Shown here piece after piece: positions 1-8,528 of a stretch of 64,000 bases of DNA (the stretch's first letter is position 1; each line of letters starts with the position of its first letter). The stretch is taken from IMG/VR virus record IMGVR_UViG_3300045988_042567, positions 1-64,000 of that record. One strand, given 5' to 3'. The position numbers and the translations under genes were made by a program. The stretch comes from a virus. Below the pieces are notes generated by a model that was given only the letters and a program-made list of their open reading frames with translations, was not told the DNA's origin and ran no database searches.

Positions 1-137
1 CCTGGAATAGACAGGCAATTAAAACTCAAATTACTCCCAAGACATTGAGGTGTCAGTTTCTCTATTATAAAATGTAAGCAAACTATTCCTGTGAATGTGA
101 GTTGCGACTTATAGAGTTTAAGATGTAGTTTGAGTTA

Positions 138-241
138 GAACCAGTAGCTCAGTTGGTTGTTAACGAAGGCGAAGCCTTTGGCAGCTGTGGTAGAGCGTTC
201 TCATCCGAGAAAGGTCAGTAGTTCGAATCTACTCTGGTTCA
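138..241 (+). ncRNA. tRNA-like element; not a functional tRNA
   Basis: The acceptor arms GAACCAG and CTGGTTC are complementary. There is a D stem GCTC/GAGC and a T arm AGTAG-TTCGAAT-CTACT. About 33 nt are inserted in the D loop, and the anticodon arm is reduced to TTCTC-ATCC-GAGAA, a tetraloop. Confidence 0.45.
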
Positions 242-569
242 CATCTTCTATGATAAATCTTCTTTTTATATTATTTAGCATCATAATGGGTACGCCCGGA
301 GACTAATGCAGAGCATCTCTTATACCAAACAGTATGACCTTGATACTGGAGAGATGTCTTATCGTGAGATAAGGCAAAGGAGTGTGGCACAGGAAGGTGC
401 TATTTTACGTTTAAATTTAAGTTAATAAATACAGTAAGTTAAAATTATTCATTCTCCCGTGATGGGAGCGGCATCATGACTAAGCCTTTACGTGGCGATG
501 CTATAAGTAAGCTAATAAGCTGAAACTAATTAGTCACTAACAATTAGAACCTCACAACGTATAGGTAAG

Positions 570-875
570 TTGTATAAGATTATGAAACAGTATTTCTTCT
601 TAGTAACTGAATTAGTAAATGGTAAATTAACGCCACTCAAAATTACTCTTCAGTCTTACAATGCCGTTAAATTTGGCAGAACGTATGCAGAGAAACATCC
701 TAATTCTCTGATATCGCTTTACAAGCAACCAATCTCCAACAGTGGTAAGGTTACTTGGATTTGTCACCTGGAACCGTGGAGCTCAAATGAGGAAGAGTCT
801 CTTATGTCTGCTGAGGAACAAATAAGACTTGACATTCTTTCTGATAATGACATGTTGGTTAAAATTAATCACTGA
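570..875 (+). CDS. hypothetical protein
   Basis: 101-aa ORF; overlaps the next ORF in a different frame. Confidence 0.3.
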   Translation: MYKIMKQYFFLVTELVNGKLTPLKITLQSYNAVKFGRTYAEKHPNSLISLYKQPISNSGKVTWICHLEPWSSNEEESLMSAEEQIRLDILSDNDMLVKINH

Positions 876-1503
876 TAGTATGATTACAGAAACATTCACA
901 ATCAAGGAGATGGAAGCTGAAATATCTAAGAATTATTCAGCAATCATGGGAGCCTTACTGAAATATGCACCTCAGTATAAGAAGGACTTCACGAAGAGAC
1001 GTCATGCATTTGATTATCCAATGGTTTACACTACTACTAAGAGAGTAGTTATCAAGGGTAATACTTATATAGGAGTGTTTGGTTCTAACACTCCTGATCC
1101 TAAGGATTTCGGTGTTCAATGTTATCTACAATTAGAAACGTCTCAAGGTAGACGTTATTATAGAATAATTGTAGGTGGCATTGTGCTGGCAATTAGTAAG
1201 CACTTCATCGAAAGATTCATTGAGAGAAGCCCTTATCCATGTACTAAAGACAATTTCTTAATTTACATGTCTAAGGAACTTCATACTTATATGAGAATGG
1301 ATATTAGAGAAGACCGTGTATCTTATGGAGCTTCTGTTAATGGCTTAGTAGTTATTAAAGGTAATACATATATTACATATATGACTGACCTAACCCAGCT
1401 AAAGCAGAAACTCATGGAAGAAGTAATGGCTGAAGTAGCTGCCGTTCCACATAAGAGACAGGAATCTATTCGAGCTCAAATTAAAGCATTATTAAATAGT
1501 TAA
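829..1503 (+). CDS. hypothetical protein with an internal repeat (VVIKGNTYI occurs twice)
   Basis: 224-aa ORF in a same-strand gene array. Confidence 0.5.
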   Translation: MTFFLIMTCWLKLITDSMITETFTIKEMEAEISKNYSAIMGALLKYAPQYKKDFTKRRHAFDYPMVYTTTKRVVIKGNTYIGVFGSNTPDPKDFGVQCYLQLETSQGRRYYRIIVGGIVLAISKHFIERFIERSPYPCTKDNFLIYMSKELHTYMRMDIREDRVSYGASVNGLVVIKGNTYITYMTDLTQLKQKLMEEVMAEVAAVPHKRQESIRAQIKALLNS

Positions 1504-1545
1504 TATTTCACTAAAACCTCGTGAGTGTATAGGTAACTCATTAGA

Positions 1546-2328
1546 TTGACTATGTTTAGACACAAAGTTGAAAAGATTACTCCGGAAATAGCAAAGATTT
1601 ACTACAGTAGATCAACAGGCAATAGAGTAATTAATCGTCAAGCAGTTAAGACCTACATTGCCCAAATGAAAACAGGTCGTTGGGTTTTAAATGGAGAGAC
1701 TATTTGCTTCGATTCTAATGGTGTTCTTAGAGATGGGCATCATCGCTTGCTGGCAATTATTGAATCTGGAGTAACCATAGAAGTTCTTGTTGTTAGAGGA
1801 GTTGATCCTGCTGCATGGTATACTTATGACCAAGGTAAATCACGTTCTGGTGGTGATATATTCCAGATTGCTGGAGTTACTAATCCATTTGCAACTAAAG
1901 CAATAGTTGCTAAATGTGAGGCCATTAACGAGAAGAAGATTCTGCATAGCAGAAACAATGCTCAATATACAAGTAAATCGAATGCTGAACTTCTTGGAAT
2001 TTATAAAGAGCATGAGAAGGTGTTCAGAGATGCACTATCAATGTATTTGAAATACCAAACTGACTTCAGAAGACTGCTGTCTCCAGCCTATATTGGTGGA
2101 GTTGCTGCATTCTTAATGCTTTATAAAGGCTGCACTAAAGAATGTGTTGACAGATTCTGGGAAGGTTTCGCACTTGGCATTCTTCCAGCATATAAACAGG
2201 CTCGTATGGCATTAACAGTGGCATCTGGTTCTAAGGCTATCATGCAGATAGTTTACAGTGCTTGGTATGCATATGAGCATGACAATATTACAGAGGACTT
2301 CGTAATGATCGAGGGCTCATTCGTATAA
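1546..2328 (+). CDS. ParB/sulfiredoxin-like nuclease-domain protein
   Basis: Carries the motif LRDGHHRLLAI, which resembles the ParB N-terminal domain and the DGQ(Q/H)R motif of DUF262/DndB proteins. Confidence 0.55.
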   Translation: MTMFRHKVEKITPEIAKIYYSRSTGNRVINRQAVKTYIAQMKTGRWVLNGETICFDSNGVLRDGHHRLLAIIESGVTIEVLVVRGVDPAAWYTYDQGKSRSGGDIFQIAGVTNPFATKAIVAKCEAINEKKILHSRNNAQYTSKSNAELLGIYKEHEKVFRDALSMYLKYQTDFRRLLSPAYIGGVAAFLMLYKGCTKECVDRFWEGFALGILPAYKQARMALTVASGSKAIMQIVYSAWYAYEHDNITEDFVMIEGSFV

Positions 2329-2360
2329 AGTAGTTTTTATATTTGTCATAAAACCTGGCA

Positions 2361-3212
2361 GTGAGTAGGTTAACTGCCAATTTATTTATGAATAGTAATT
2401 TTGATGAGAATTTAGAGAATCTCAAGAACATATTAAAGAACAGAGCTGTGTGGAGAGCTGTTGATCGTGCATATGAAGAAGCTCTTTGTGAAATAGCCGG
2501 CAGAGCTAAAATGGGCTCTCTAGTTTCTAGTAAACTGTTTCTAAAATATAACTACGGTATAGAAGTAAGATCTTCAAAACCTCTAAAGCCTAGTCAGAGA
2601 GCATTATTTATTAATGACAAGCTATATACCATTATTGACACAACTCCCGCTGATGCAATCATAGTTACTAAAGGACTGTTGTGGATAGGCATACTTGAAG
2701 TAGCGACTAGAGACGATTACCAGCCTGGCATATGGAAAACTAATATTCCCAATTTGAGATATCAGCTTCTTAGAGTAGCTGGATTTGATAGTTTCAGTAA
2801 AGCTACTTTAGTAAAATTAGCTAAGGCACTAGGTAGTACTATTCGCTTCGAAGTAGTTAATCCTAATAGTCCCAGAAGGATTGTGGTAGTCAAAGAAATA
2901 TCAATTTCTGAGATTGGTCGTTTAGAGACTTTTATTACCGATCCTAACGAAGACATATGGGAAATAAAGAAGGCTAAAGAGGATTATTACATAAAGAAAC
3001 TCGCAGATCTAGAGACTGGTTCATTTATAAAGGGAGCTACTGCATGGTTTGATAATAAGTCATTAGCATTATCCACATTCAAAGCTAAGTCTCTGGGTCA
3101 AGTATTATTAACTTGTCCATTTGAAGTTTACATTAAGAGGAGTGAAACTCAGGTGGATAAATTAAATACTTGTAATATGTCTGTTACTTCGTATACTATA
3201 ACATATAAGTAA
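2361..3212 (+). CDS. hypothetical protein
   Basis: 283-aa ORF. Confidence 0.5.
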   Translation: MSRLTANLFMNSNFDENLENLKNILKNRAVWRAVDRAYEEALCEIAGRAKMGSLVSSKLFLKYNYGIEVRSSKPLKPSQRALFINDKLYTIIDTTPADAIIVTKGLLWIGILEVATRDDYQPGIWKTNIPNLRYQLLRVAGFDSFSKATLVKLAKALGSTIRFEVVNPNSPRRIVVVKEISISEIGRLETFITDPNEDIWEIKKAKEDYYIKKLADLETGSFIKGATAWFDNKSLALSTFKAKSLGQVLLTCPFEVYIKRSETQVDKLNTCNMSVTSYTITYK

Positions 3213-3219
3213 AATAATT

Positions 3220-3873
3220 ATGATAGATGTAGATAAATACAAAGCTTTATTGCAGCAGAATGAACAAGCTGAGAAATCTTCTGACTCTGATGCAGCCAGA
3301 AAGATATTGGAGGAAATGGTAGAATTAGCTGTTATGAACCTTACAGATGCAAAGGTTCCAGAGAATACTCATTTTGATAAGGTTGAAATTGGCTGTAATA
3401 GAATAACCGACTGCCTCAGCTTAGTAGGAGTTGCAAGGAATGGCAGAAGGCTTATAGTGGAGTTCAGTTTGGATTACACTAAAGCTTATGTAGGTAATAG
3501 ACGTATCGAGGTTGACTTGTCTCCAGAGGAATCTGAATTAGTAGCCTCATTAAGGACTAAGGCAACAAATAAGATGCGTCACGCTCTCAGAGAACTTATT
3601 GATAATTTTAATGTGTTCTCTTATACTTGTAACACTTTTATAGGTACTACTCGTTACGGTACTAAAGGGCAACTGATGCAAGAATTTAAGGAAATACTTA
3701 CTAAGAACATTCGTGAGGCTATTATAGACAACATCAGAGACGAGGATGATATACATGCTAGACTGTTTGAGTATGTTCCAAATCTGTATGACGAGGAACT
3801 TACATCTGGTGATATTATTGAAGTCTTAGAATCTCACGGATATCCTTCATGTGATGTTCATGTAACCAAATAA
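3220..3873 (+). CDS. hypothetical protein
   Basis: 217-aa ORF. Confidence 0.5.
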   Translation: MIDVDKYKALLQQNEQAEKSSDSDAARKILEEMVELAVMNLTDAKVPENTHFDKVEIGCNRITDCLSLVGVARNGRRLIVEFSLDYTKAYVGNRRIEVDLSPEESELVASLRTKATNKMRHALRELIDNFNVFSYTCNTFIGTTRYGTKGQLMQEFKEILTKNIREAIIDNIRDEDDIHARLFEYVPNLYDEELTSGDIIEVLESHGYPSCDVHVTK

Positions 3874-3877
3874 AACT

Positions 3878-4219
3878 ATGAAATTGTACTTTAACTTTAA
3901 AGGTAATTACATAGTAGCTAAACATAACGGTGTTGTCATTGATATGCGAACTGGTATTCCTACTGATGCTACAGCTGACGCAGTTCTCAATTCTTATAAT
4001 AAGGAGACCAGCAGTGAGTGGAGACCTGTCAATATGGCCCAATTCGGCAAAGCTATGTTTGAATTAGCTGACGGCTCTGCCCACTACGCATTCATTGATC
4101 ACCATAAAGTCAGAATCTGTTATAAATCTGATGATAAGGCTACGTATGTAAAATTTACTGGTGACTTTCCTAGATATTTCTGGAAAGGACTGTTTAAACT
4201 GATTGGCGATGTTATCTAG
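3878..4219 (+). CDS. hypothetical protein
   Basis: 113-aa ORF. Confidence 0.45.
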   Translation: MKLYFNFKGNYIVAKHNGVVIDMRTGIPTDATADAVLNSYNKETSSEWRPVNMAQFGKAMFELADGSAHYAFIDHHKVRICYKSDDKATYVKFTGDFPRYFWKGLFKLIGDVI

Positions 4220-4450
4220 AATACAATTTAATGATGGACAGGTGGTTAACGTGAATCACCAATCCATTTCATTCAAGGACGACGCAGTTCTATTGGGTCT
4301 TGGCAGTAATAGAGACCAGTTAAAACATGTAGAGAATGCTTTAATTGATGTTACTTACAAAGTACATCATACACCCCTGATAGCTGTAGAGATAGCCTGT
4401 AGTGATGTATCTCTAATTACAACTATCTGATCAGCATTCTTTCCATCTAA

Positions 4451-4523
4451 AGAGAGTCTGATGAGTCGCTGGAAATTGCGACGAAACACTTCACCGAGGG
4501 CAGGCGGTGGAGTGTCACTTTTA
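4451..4523 (+). ncRNA. hammerhead self-cleaving ribozyme (type I), predicted cleavage after C4516
   Basis: The core reads AGAGAGU-CUGAUGA-GUCGC-UGGAAAUU-GCGAC-GAAA-C. A 9-bp stem III (CACUUCACC/GGUGGAGUG) follows, then the cleavage triplet GUC. Stem I pairs AGAGAGU with ACUUUU. Confidence 0.75.
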
Positions 4524-4709
4524 ATCAATACTAATAATTATGAAGGTGGATAATATTATCATAGATATAATACTAGCATTAGGTGTTATATTTATGTTAT
4601 GTATGGCTTCTGATGATTTTACATTAATCACAGCAACCATTATGATTGTGACAGCCGTAGGTATCTGGTATATGCCAGATAGTAAATCAATTAATAAATT
4701 TAACAAGAA

Positions 4710-5315
4710 ATGAGAACATTAGAAGAAATTTTAGCGTCAGAAAGACCTCAAGTGGATGAAACTCCTAAACGCAACTATGAGGAAGTTATAGGAGAAATTA
4801 AATCTCATATGGCTAGAGCTCTTGACGAGATAGAATCGTTCAAAGAAGGTATTTCATGGGGAGTTGCAGAAGGTATCACAAAAGATACCAAACATACGGT
4901 ATATATCCTTAGAGAGGATAACGAGCCTGTATTCTGTCTGGAAATGAGTGAACCTCCTTGTATCCAAAGCCCTGAACTTACTGACAAGAATGGCGGCTTT
5001 GATATTACTGAAGAAGACGCTGCTATGTTGATAAAGGCATTTGACCGATTGAATACAAGTATAGATGTTTATAAGGAACACTTTGGAATGAATGATACTA
5101 CTAAGAAATCAGGCATTGATGTACTTAAACTCTTAAAGGAATTAGATCCAGGTACGTTTGATAAAGCTTTGGAAGAAGCGATGAACAGGACCAAGGATTT
5201 CCGTGAAGACATCATTAAGAATAAGATGAAAGAACTCGGCATTGAAGCTCCAGAAGTGGTATCCGAACTAAGAGAAGTATTTGATATTTTATTCAAGGCT
5301 AAACATGGATTATAA
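4710..5315 (+). CDS. hypothetical acidic protein
   Basis: 201-aa ORF. Confidence 0.5.
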   Translation: MRTLEEILASERPQVDETPKRNYEEVIGEIKSHMARALDEIESFKEGISWGVAEGITKDTKHTVYILREDNEPVFCLEMSEPPCIQSPELTDKNGGFDITEEDAAMLIKAFDRLNTSIDVYKEHFGMNDTTKKSGIDVLKLLKELDPGTFDKALEEAMNRTKDFREDIIKNKMKELGIEAPEVVSELREVFDILFKAKHGL

Positions 5316-5400
5316 ATCTCATAAGTTATCATAAGTAAAATATTTTAATATTCTAGGGCAGACATGTTGTGAAACACTCTGCCTCTCTTATTTATTAACT

Positions 5401-5742
5401 ATGCATAAAGTTATAGAAGGTTCTCACATCCTTATATGTGATGTAGACAAGTTTAACAAAGAACTACTTAAGTTCCTTATTACTAATGTGTATGGCATTA
5501 GGCTCCATGTGTCCCTAGAACGTATTAGAGACAATATTGAAGCAGAGCTTAAATGGCCTTATGATGAGCATATAGATATGAAACAAGTTATTGAGGAATG
5601 GGTATATACTTCTAAGTATCCTTCTGTAATAACCACTTCAATGTCTTATGAATCCTGCATTGAACTTATTAAGGATATAAAACCAGAAATTGTAGTATAT
5701 AGCTGGATGCGTAAACAATCTAACGTACAATACCCGTTTTGA
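5401..5742 (+). CDS. hypothetical protein
   Basis: 113-aa ORF; its stop overlaps the next start (ATGA). Confidence 0.45.
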   Translation: MHKVIEGSHILICDVDKFNKELLKFLITNVYGIRLHVSLERIRDNIEAELKWPYDEHIDMKQVIEEWVYTSKYPSVITTSMSYESCIELIKDIKPEIVVYSWMRKQSNVQYPF

Positions 5743-5975
5743 TGTCACATGCCGAAATATTCAATGCAGTAATGACTGCTCTTGATACGTACAACGAAGG
5801 TTGGAAACCTAACTGGGAGGATGGAACTTATAAATACTGCATCACTAGATGTGGTAACAATATAATTCCAATAACATCTCGATTCGATTATCATTTTATT
5901 TCTTTTAATAGTGCTAGTGTTAGACGGAAGTTCATGAAGGAGCAATGTAAGTTGCTTAAGGAGTTCTTCCGTTAG
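5739..5975 (+). CDS. hypothetical protein
   Basis: 78-aa ORF. Confidence 0.4.
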   Translation: MMSHAEIFNAVMTALDTYNEGWKPNWEDGTYKYCITRCGNNIIPITSRFDYHFISFNSASVRRKFMKEQCKLLKEFFR

Positions 5976-6002
5976 CATTCTGTGGCTATATTCATCTTTC
6001 AT

Positions 6003-6650
6003 TTTATTAATAAGCTTTTAAGTCTGAAATGGGTACGCCAGTGGCACAGGAGGATACTGGAAGCTTTGGGTTGTTTCCCCACTCCTAGCATGAGAGTATA
6101 ATCATGCTACTATGGGCCATACATGGAATTGATTCATAATGACTGGGTAGTAAGACGTGTAGAGTTCGTACCAACTCTTATAAAATGATACACAAATTTT
6201 AAGTGGCAACACTGAAGTAAGAATGGCAGCGTAAGCTGTGGCTTATCGATATTATATTGATTAAGTCGGGTTAATCGGAGAGACCTAGAGACAGAAGAGG
6301 TGTGGGAAGAAGCATTATAGAGCAGCCCACTTAACTTGAACGCCAAAGGTTAGTAAAGCTGAAATCTCCACTACCTATCTATGGGTTACAAATAGACGTT
6401 CTCCAACGTAAATGGAGTGGTGGCGTGGGACTTCGGTCACTCCTAATTTTGATAGTTTGTAAGTTAGCTTTAAGTGTACTGGCTTGATCACTGTGATTTA
6501 ATTGCCTGGTTCTGAGTAAGACTAATAAAACTGTCTACATGCTGAACTCAACAGCTGATGTAATAAAATAGAGACACACGTAATCTTGTTATTTAGAGTT
6601 GTGAAGACCGCGGTTCGAGTCCGCGATGGTCCACTTATTAACTAATTAAA
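6003..6650 (+). ncRNA. ORF-free structured region of about 650 nt that ends in a tRNA-like T arm and acceptor 3' half (6609-6633); candidate large ncRNA or intron-containing tRNA
   Basis: No ORF of 60 aa or more. The region is visibly G/C-enriched relative to the surrounding coding sequence and contains many local hairpins. It ends CGCGG-TTCGAGT-CCGCG-ATGGTCC-A. Its 5' part shares the motif AATGGGTACGCC...GTGGCACAGGA with positions 288-400. Confidence 0.35.
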
Positions 6651-6660
6651 TCACTTTGAC

Positions 6661-7461
6661 ATGGAAAGAGGTAACATTGATTTTGGTAAACTTCTAAATG
6701 GAGTTACCACAGAGAACGTTTATGTTCTTACTAATGATAACCGAAAGGTTATCGAAGCTTTAAGGTTCTTACCCGGAAATAGAGAAATTAAACCTAAGAA
6801 GGTTGAGGACTTGGTGAAAGCTTATCAAAACAAGGAGTATATTCCTCCTATTCTAGTATCAACTCCTTTCAGATTTGTAACTGAAGGTAATCACAGACTC
6901 GCAGCTGCTTTGGAATGTCTTAAAAGGAATATTCCATTTACATTAAGAGTATACTTCTATGCCGACGAATCTGCATTAGAAACTGCCCGTCTCATTAATA
7001 ATACTCAGAATAGATGGAAGGCACATGACAAACTTATGTCTTATGTATATGAGAAGAAAGAACCATATATGATACTAAAACAGTTTATGGATAAGTACCC
7101 ATCTATATTTATTCGTAATGGTGAGTATATGGTACAGGCTGGCTTAAGTCTTCTTTCTGGAGGTAGGACAAGAGCATCTTTAAATACTGCATTCTCCAAC
7201 GGTAAGTTATTAATTAACGAAACTCAGTTGGAATTAGGAGAAGCTATGATGGATGAATTGTCGTTAATCTCGGAAGTATTAGGAACTCAATCTGTATACG
7301 CTAGAGACCACAGTACTGGTTGGATGAAAGCACGTACAAGACTTGGCATTCCTTTTACTAAGTTCATAGTAAGACTTAAAAGAAGAGCTACAACTTGGGA
7401 AGAGCCCAAGGACACTACTGAAGCATGGTTTAATATGTATATGAAGATAGCAAGTTTATGA
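6661..7461 (+). CDS. ParB-like nuclease-domain protein
   Basis: Carries the motif FVTEGNHRLAAAL, a ParB/Srx-like G-x-x-R signature. Confidence 0.5.
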   Translation: MERGNIDFGKLLNGVTTENVYVLTNDNRKVIEALRFLPGNREIKPKKVEDLVKAYQNKEYIPPILVSTPFRFVTEGNHRLAAALECLKRNIPFTLRVYFYADESALETARLINNTQNRWKAHDKLMSYVYEKKEPYMILKQFMDKYPSIFIRNGEYMVQAGLSLLSGGRTRASLNTAFSNGKLLINETQLELGEAMMDELSLISEVLGTQSVYARDHSTGWMKARTRLGIPFTKFIVRLKRRATTWEEPKDTTEAWFNMYMKIASL

Positions 7462-8156
7462 AATTAACAATTAGTAGTCAATCCCAATTTGGGGTGCACA
7501 TCTGTCAGTATCTATATGATATGGACAGCAATTTCGCTAAAGAGAACCAATCACTTCCCTTACAAGATATTGTAGCACATATCTTATATGCTACGAATAG
7601 AATTAGAATGGGAAATGAGCCAATCACAACCAAAGCAATTGCTAGGATTGCAGACTTTATAAATGAAAGCCTGCCAATCTCTGTAGCTTGCGTATTTGGC
7701 GATGAAGAATCTGAGAAGGATTATATTGACATCTCGGAACTGCAATCACTTCAAACGCTAAAGGATATTAATTCCAGAGTTAAGCAGTTTTATGCTCCAG
7801 GCTTGAAGATTTCTCTGCAAGTAGTTGGCAGAACTTCTTATGTTGAGAAGGTTACTAAATTGGCAACTGTATTGGGAGGTTTTACTATAGGCAACCTCTC
7901 TGATGTTCCAATCACTGTATCGTTCGCACATTATAGAACGGCTGACTTCTACTATAAGAGTATTCCCTCTAAGAATATCTTGAGAGGAGGTTATATACCT
8001 GCTTGGGACGGTAAAGGCTATTTGCACATTGAGTCTCCGCATGAGATTAGAAGTGCTATCGTTAATAATGGTCAACTGGAAACGATATCCACAACAGTTA
8101 CTCTAGAAGACAACGGAACGTCCGTGGATTTGCAAATTGCATATTTAATAGGGTAA
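7458..8156 (+). CDS. hypothetical protein
   Basis: 232-aa ORF; its start overlaps the upstream stop (ATGA). Confidence 0.5.
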   Translation: MKLTISSQSQFGVHICQYLYDMDSNFAKENQSLPLQDIVAHILYATNRIRMGNEPITTKAIARIADFINESLPISVACVFGDEESEKDYIDISELQSLQTLKDINSRVKQFYAPGLKISLQVVGRTSYVEKVTKLATVLGGFTIGNLSDVPITVSFAHYRTADFYYKSIPSKNILRGGYIPAWDGKGYLHIESPHEIRSAIVNNGQLETISTTVTLEDNGTSVDLQIAYLIG

Positions 8157-8183
8157 CTTAATCTTAGATAATTCTAAGCGCAA

Positions 8184-8390
8184 ACTTGGTCTGATGAACT
8201 AAGAGTATGTTCCGGAGCATACTTTGACTTAAAGGCGTTATAAAGAGTTGAAACCTGTACTATTAGAATAATGGAAAGTTCGCCCAACTAGGACTTGGGT
8301 GGCGATGGTTTGAGTCCATCATAGTATTGTGTAAGAGAGAATCTGCACGGTCTACGTTATATAATCAGCACGTAGATAGGTCATCAAGTG
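8184..8390 (+). ncRNA. candidate Y-RNA-like (YrlA-like) structured RNA enclosing a tRNA-like domain
   Basis: The 5' segment ACTTGGTCTGATGA (8184-8197) can pair with TCATCAAGT (8381-8389), leaving a GGTC bulge. Enclosed are a tRNA-like module at 8257-8328 and two further hairpins. The module has acceptor arms GTACTAT/ATAGTAT, a T arm GATGG-TTTGAGT-CCATC, and an anticodon-position loop CTAGGAC. Confidence 0.3.
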
Positions 8391-8528
8391 AACCTCTTTC
8401 CTCATTTGATATGGGGCATGTAGCGTGTAAGTAGCGAGTTGTATTAAGCTGGCTCGATGTCTATGTGTCCCATTTTATCAATTAGAATAAAGAACTCTCA
8501 GATTAACCTGCTAATTTAATTTTACAAG

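Noticed and set aside
6003-6650. tmRNA or RNase P RNA identity for the large noncoding region.
   Set aside because: There is no tag-peptide reading frame ending ...AA-stop, no GGGG 5' end pairing with the 3' acceptor, and none of the RNase P conserved blocks (for example AGGAAAGTCC) were found.
8190-8253. A second CUGAUGA with a possible helix II hairpin (GTATG-TTCCGGAG-CATAC) upstream of the tRNA-like module.
   Set aside because: No GAAA follows helix II. The nearest GAAAC (8249) cannot pair to form helix II and III in the hammerhead arrangement, so it is not a hammerhead.
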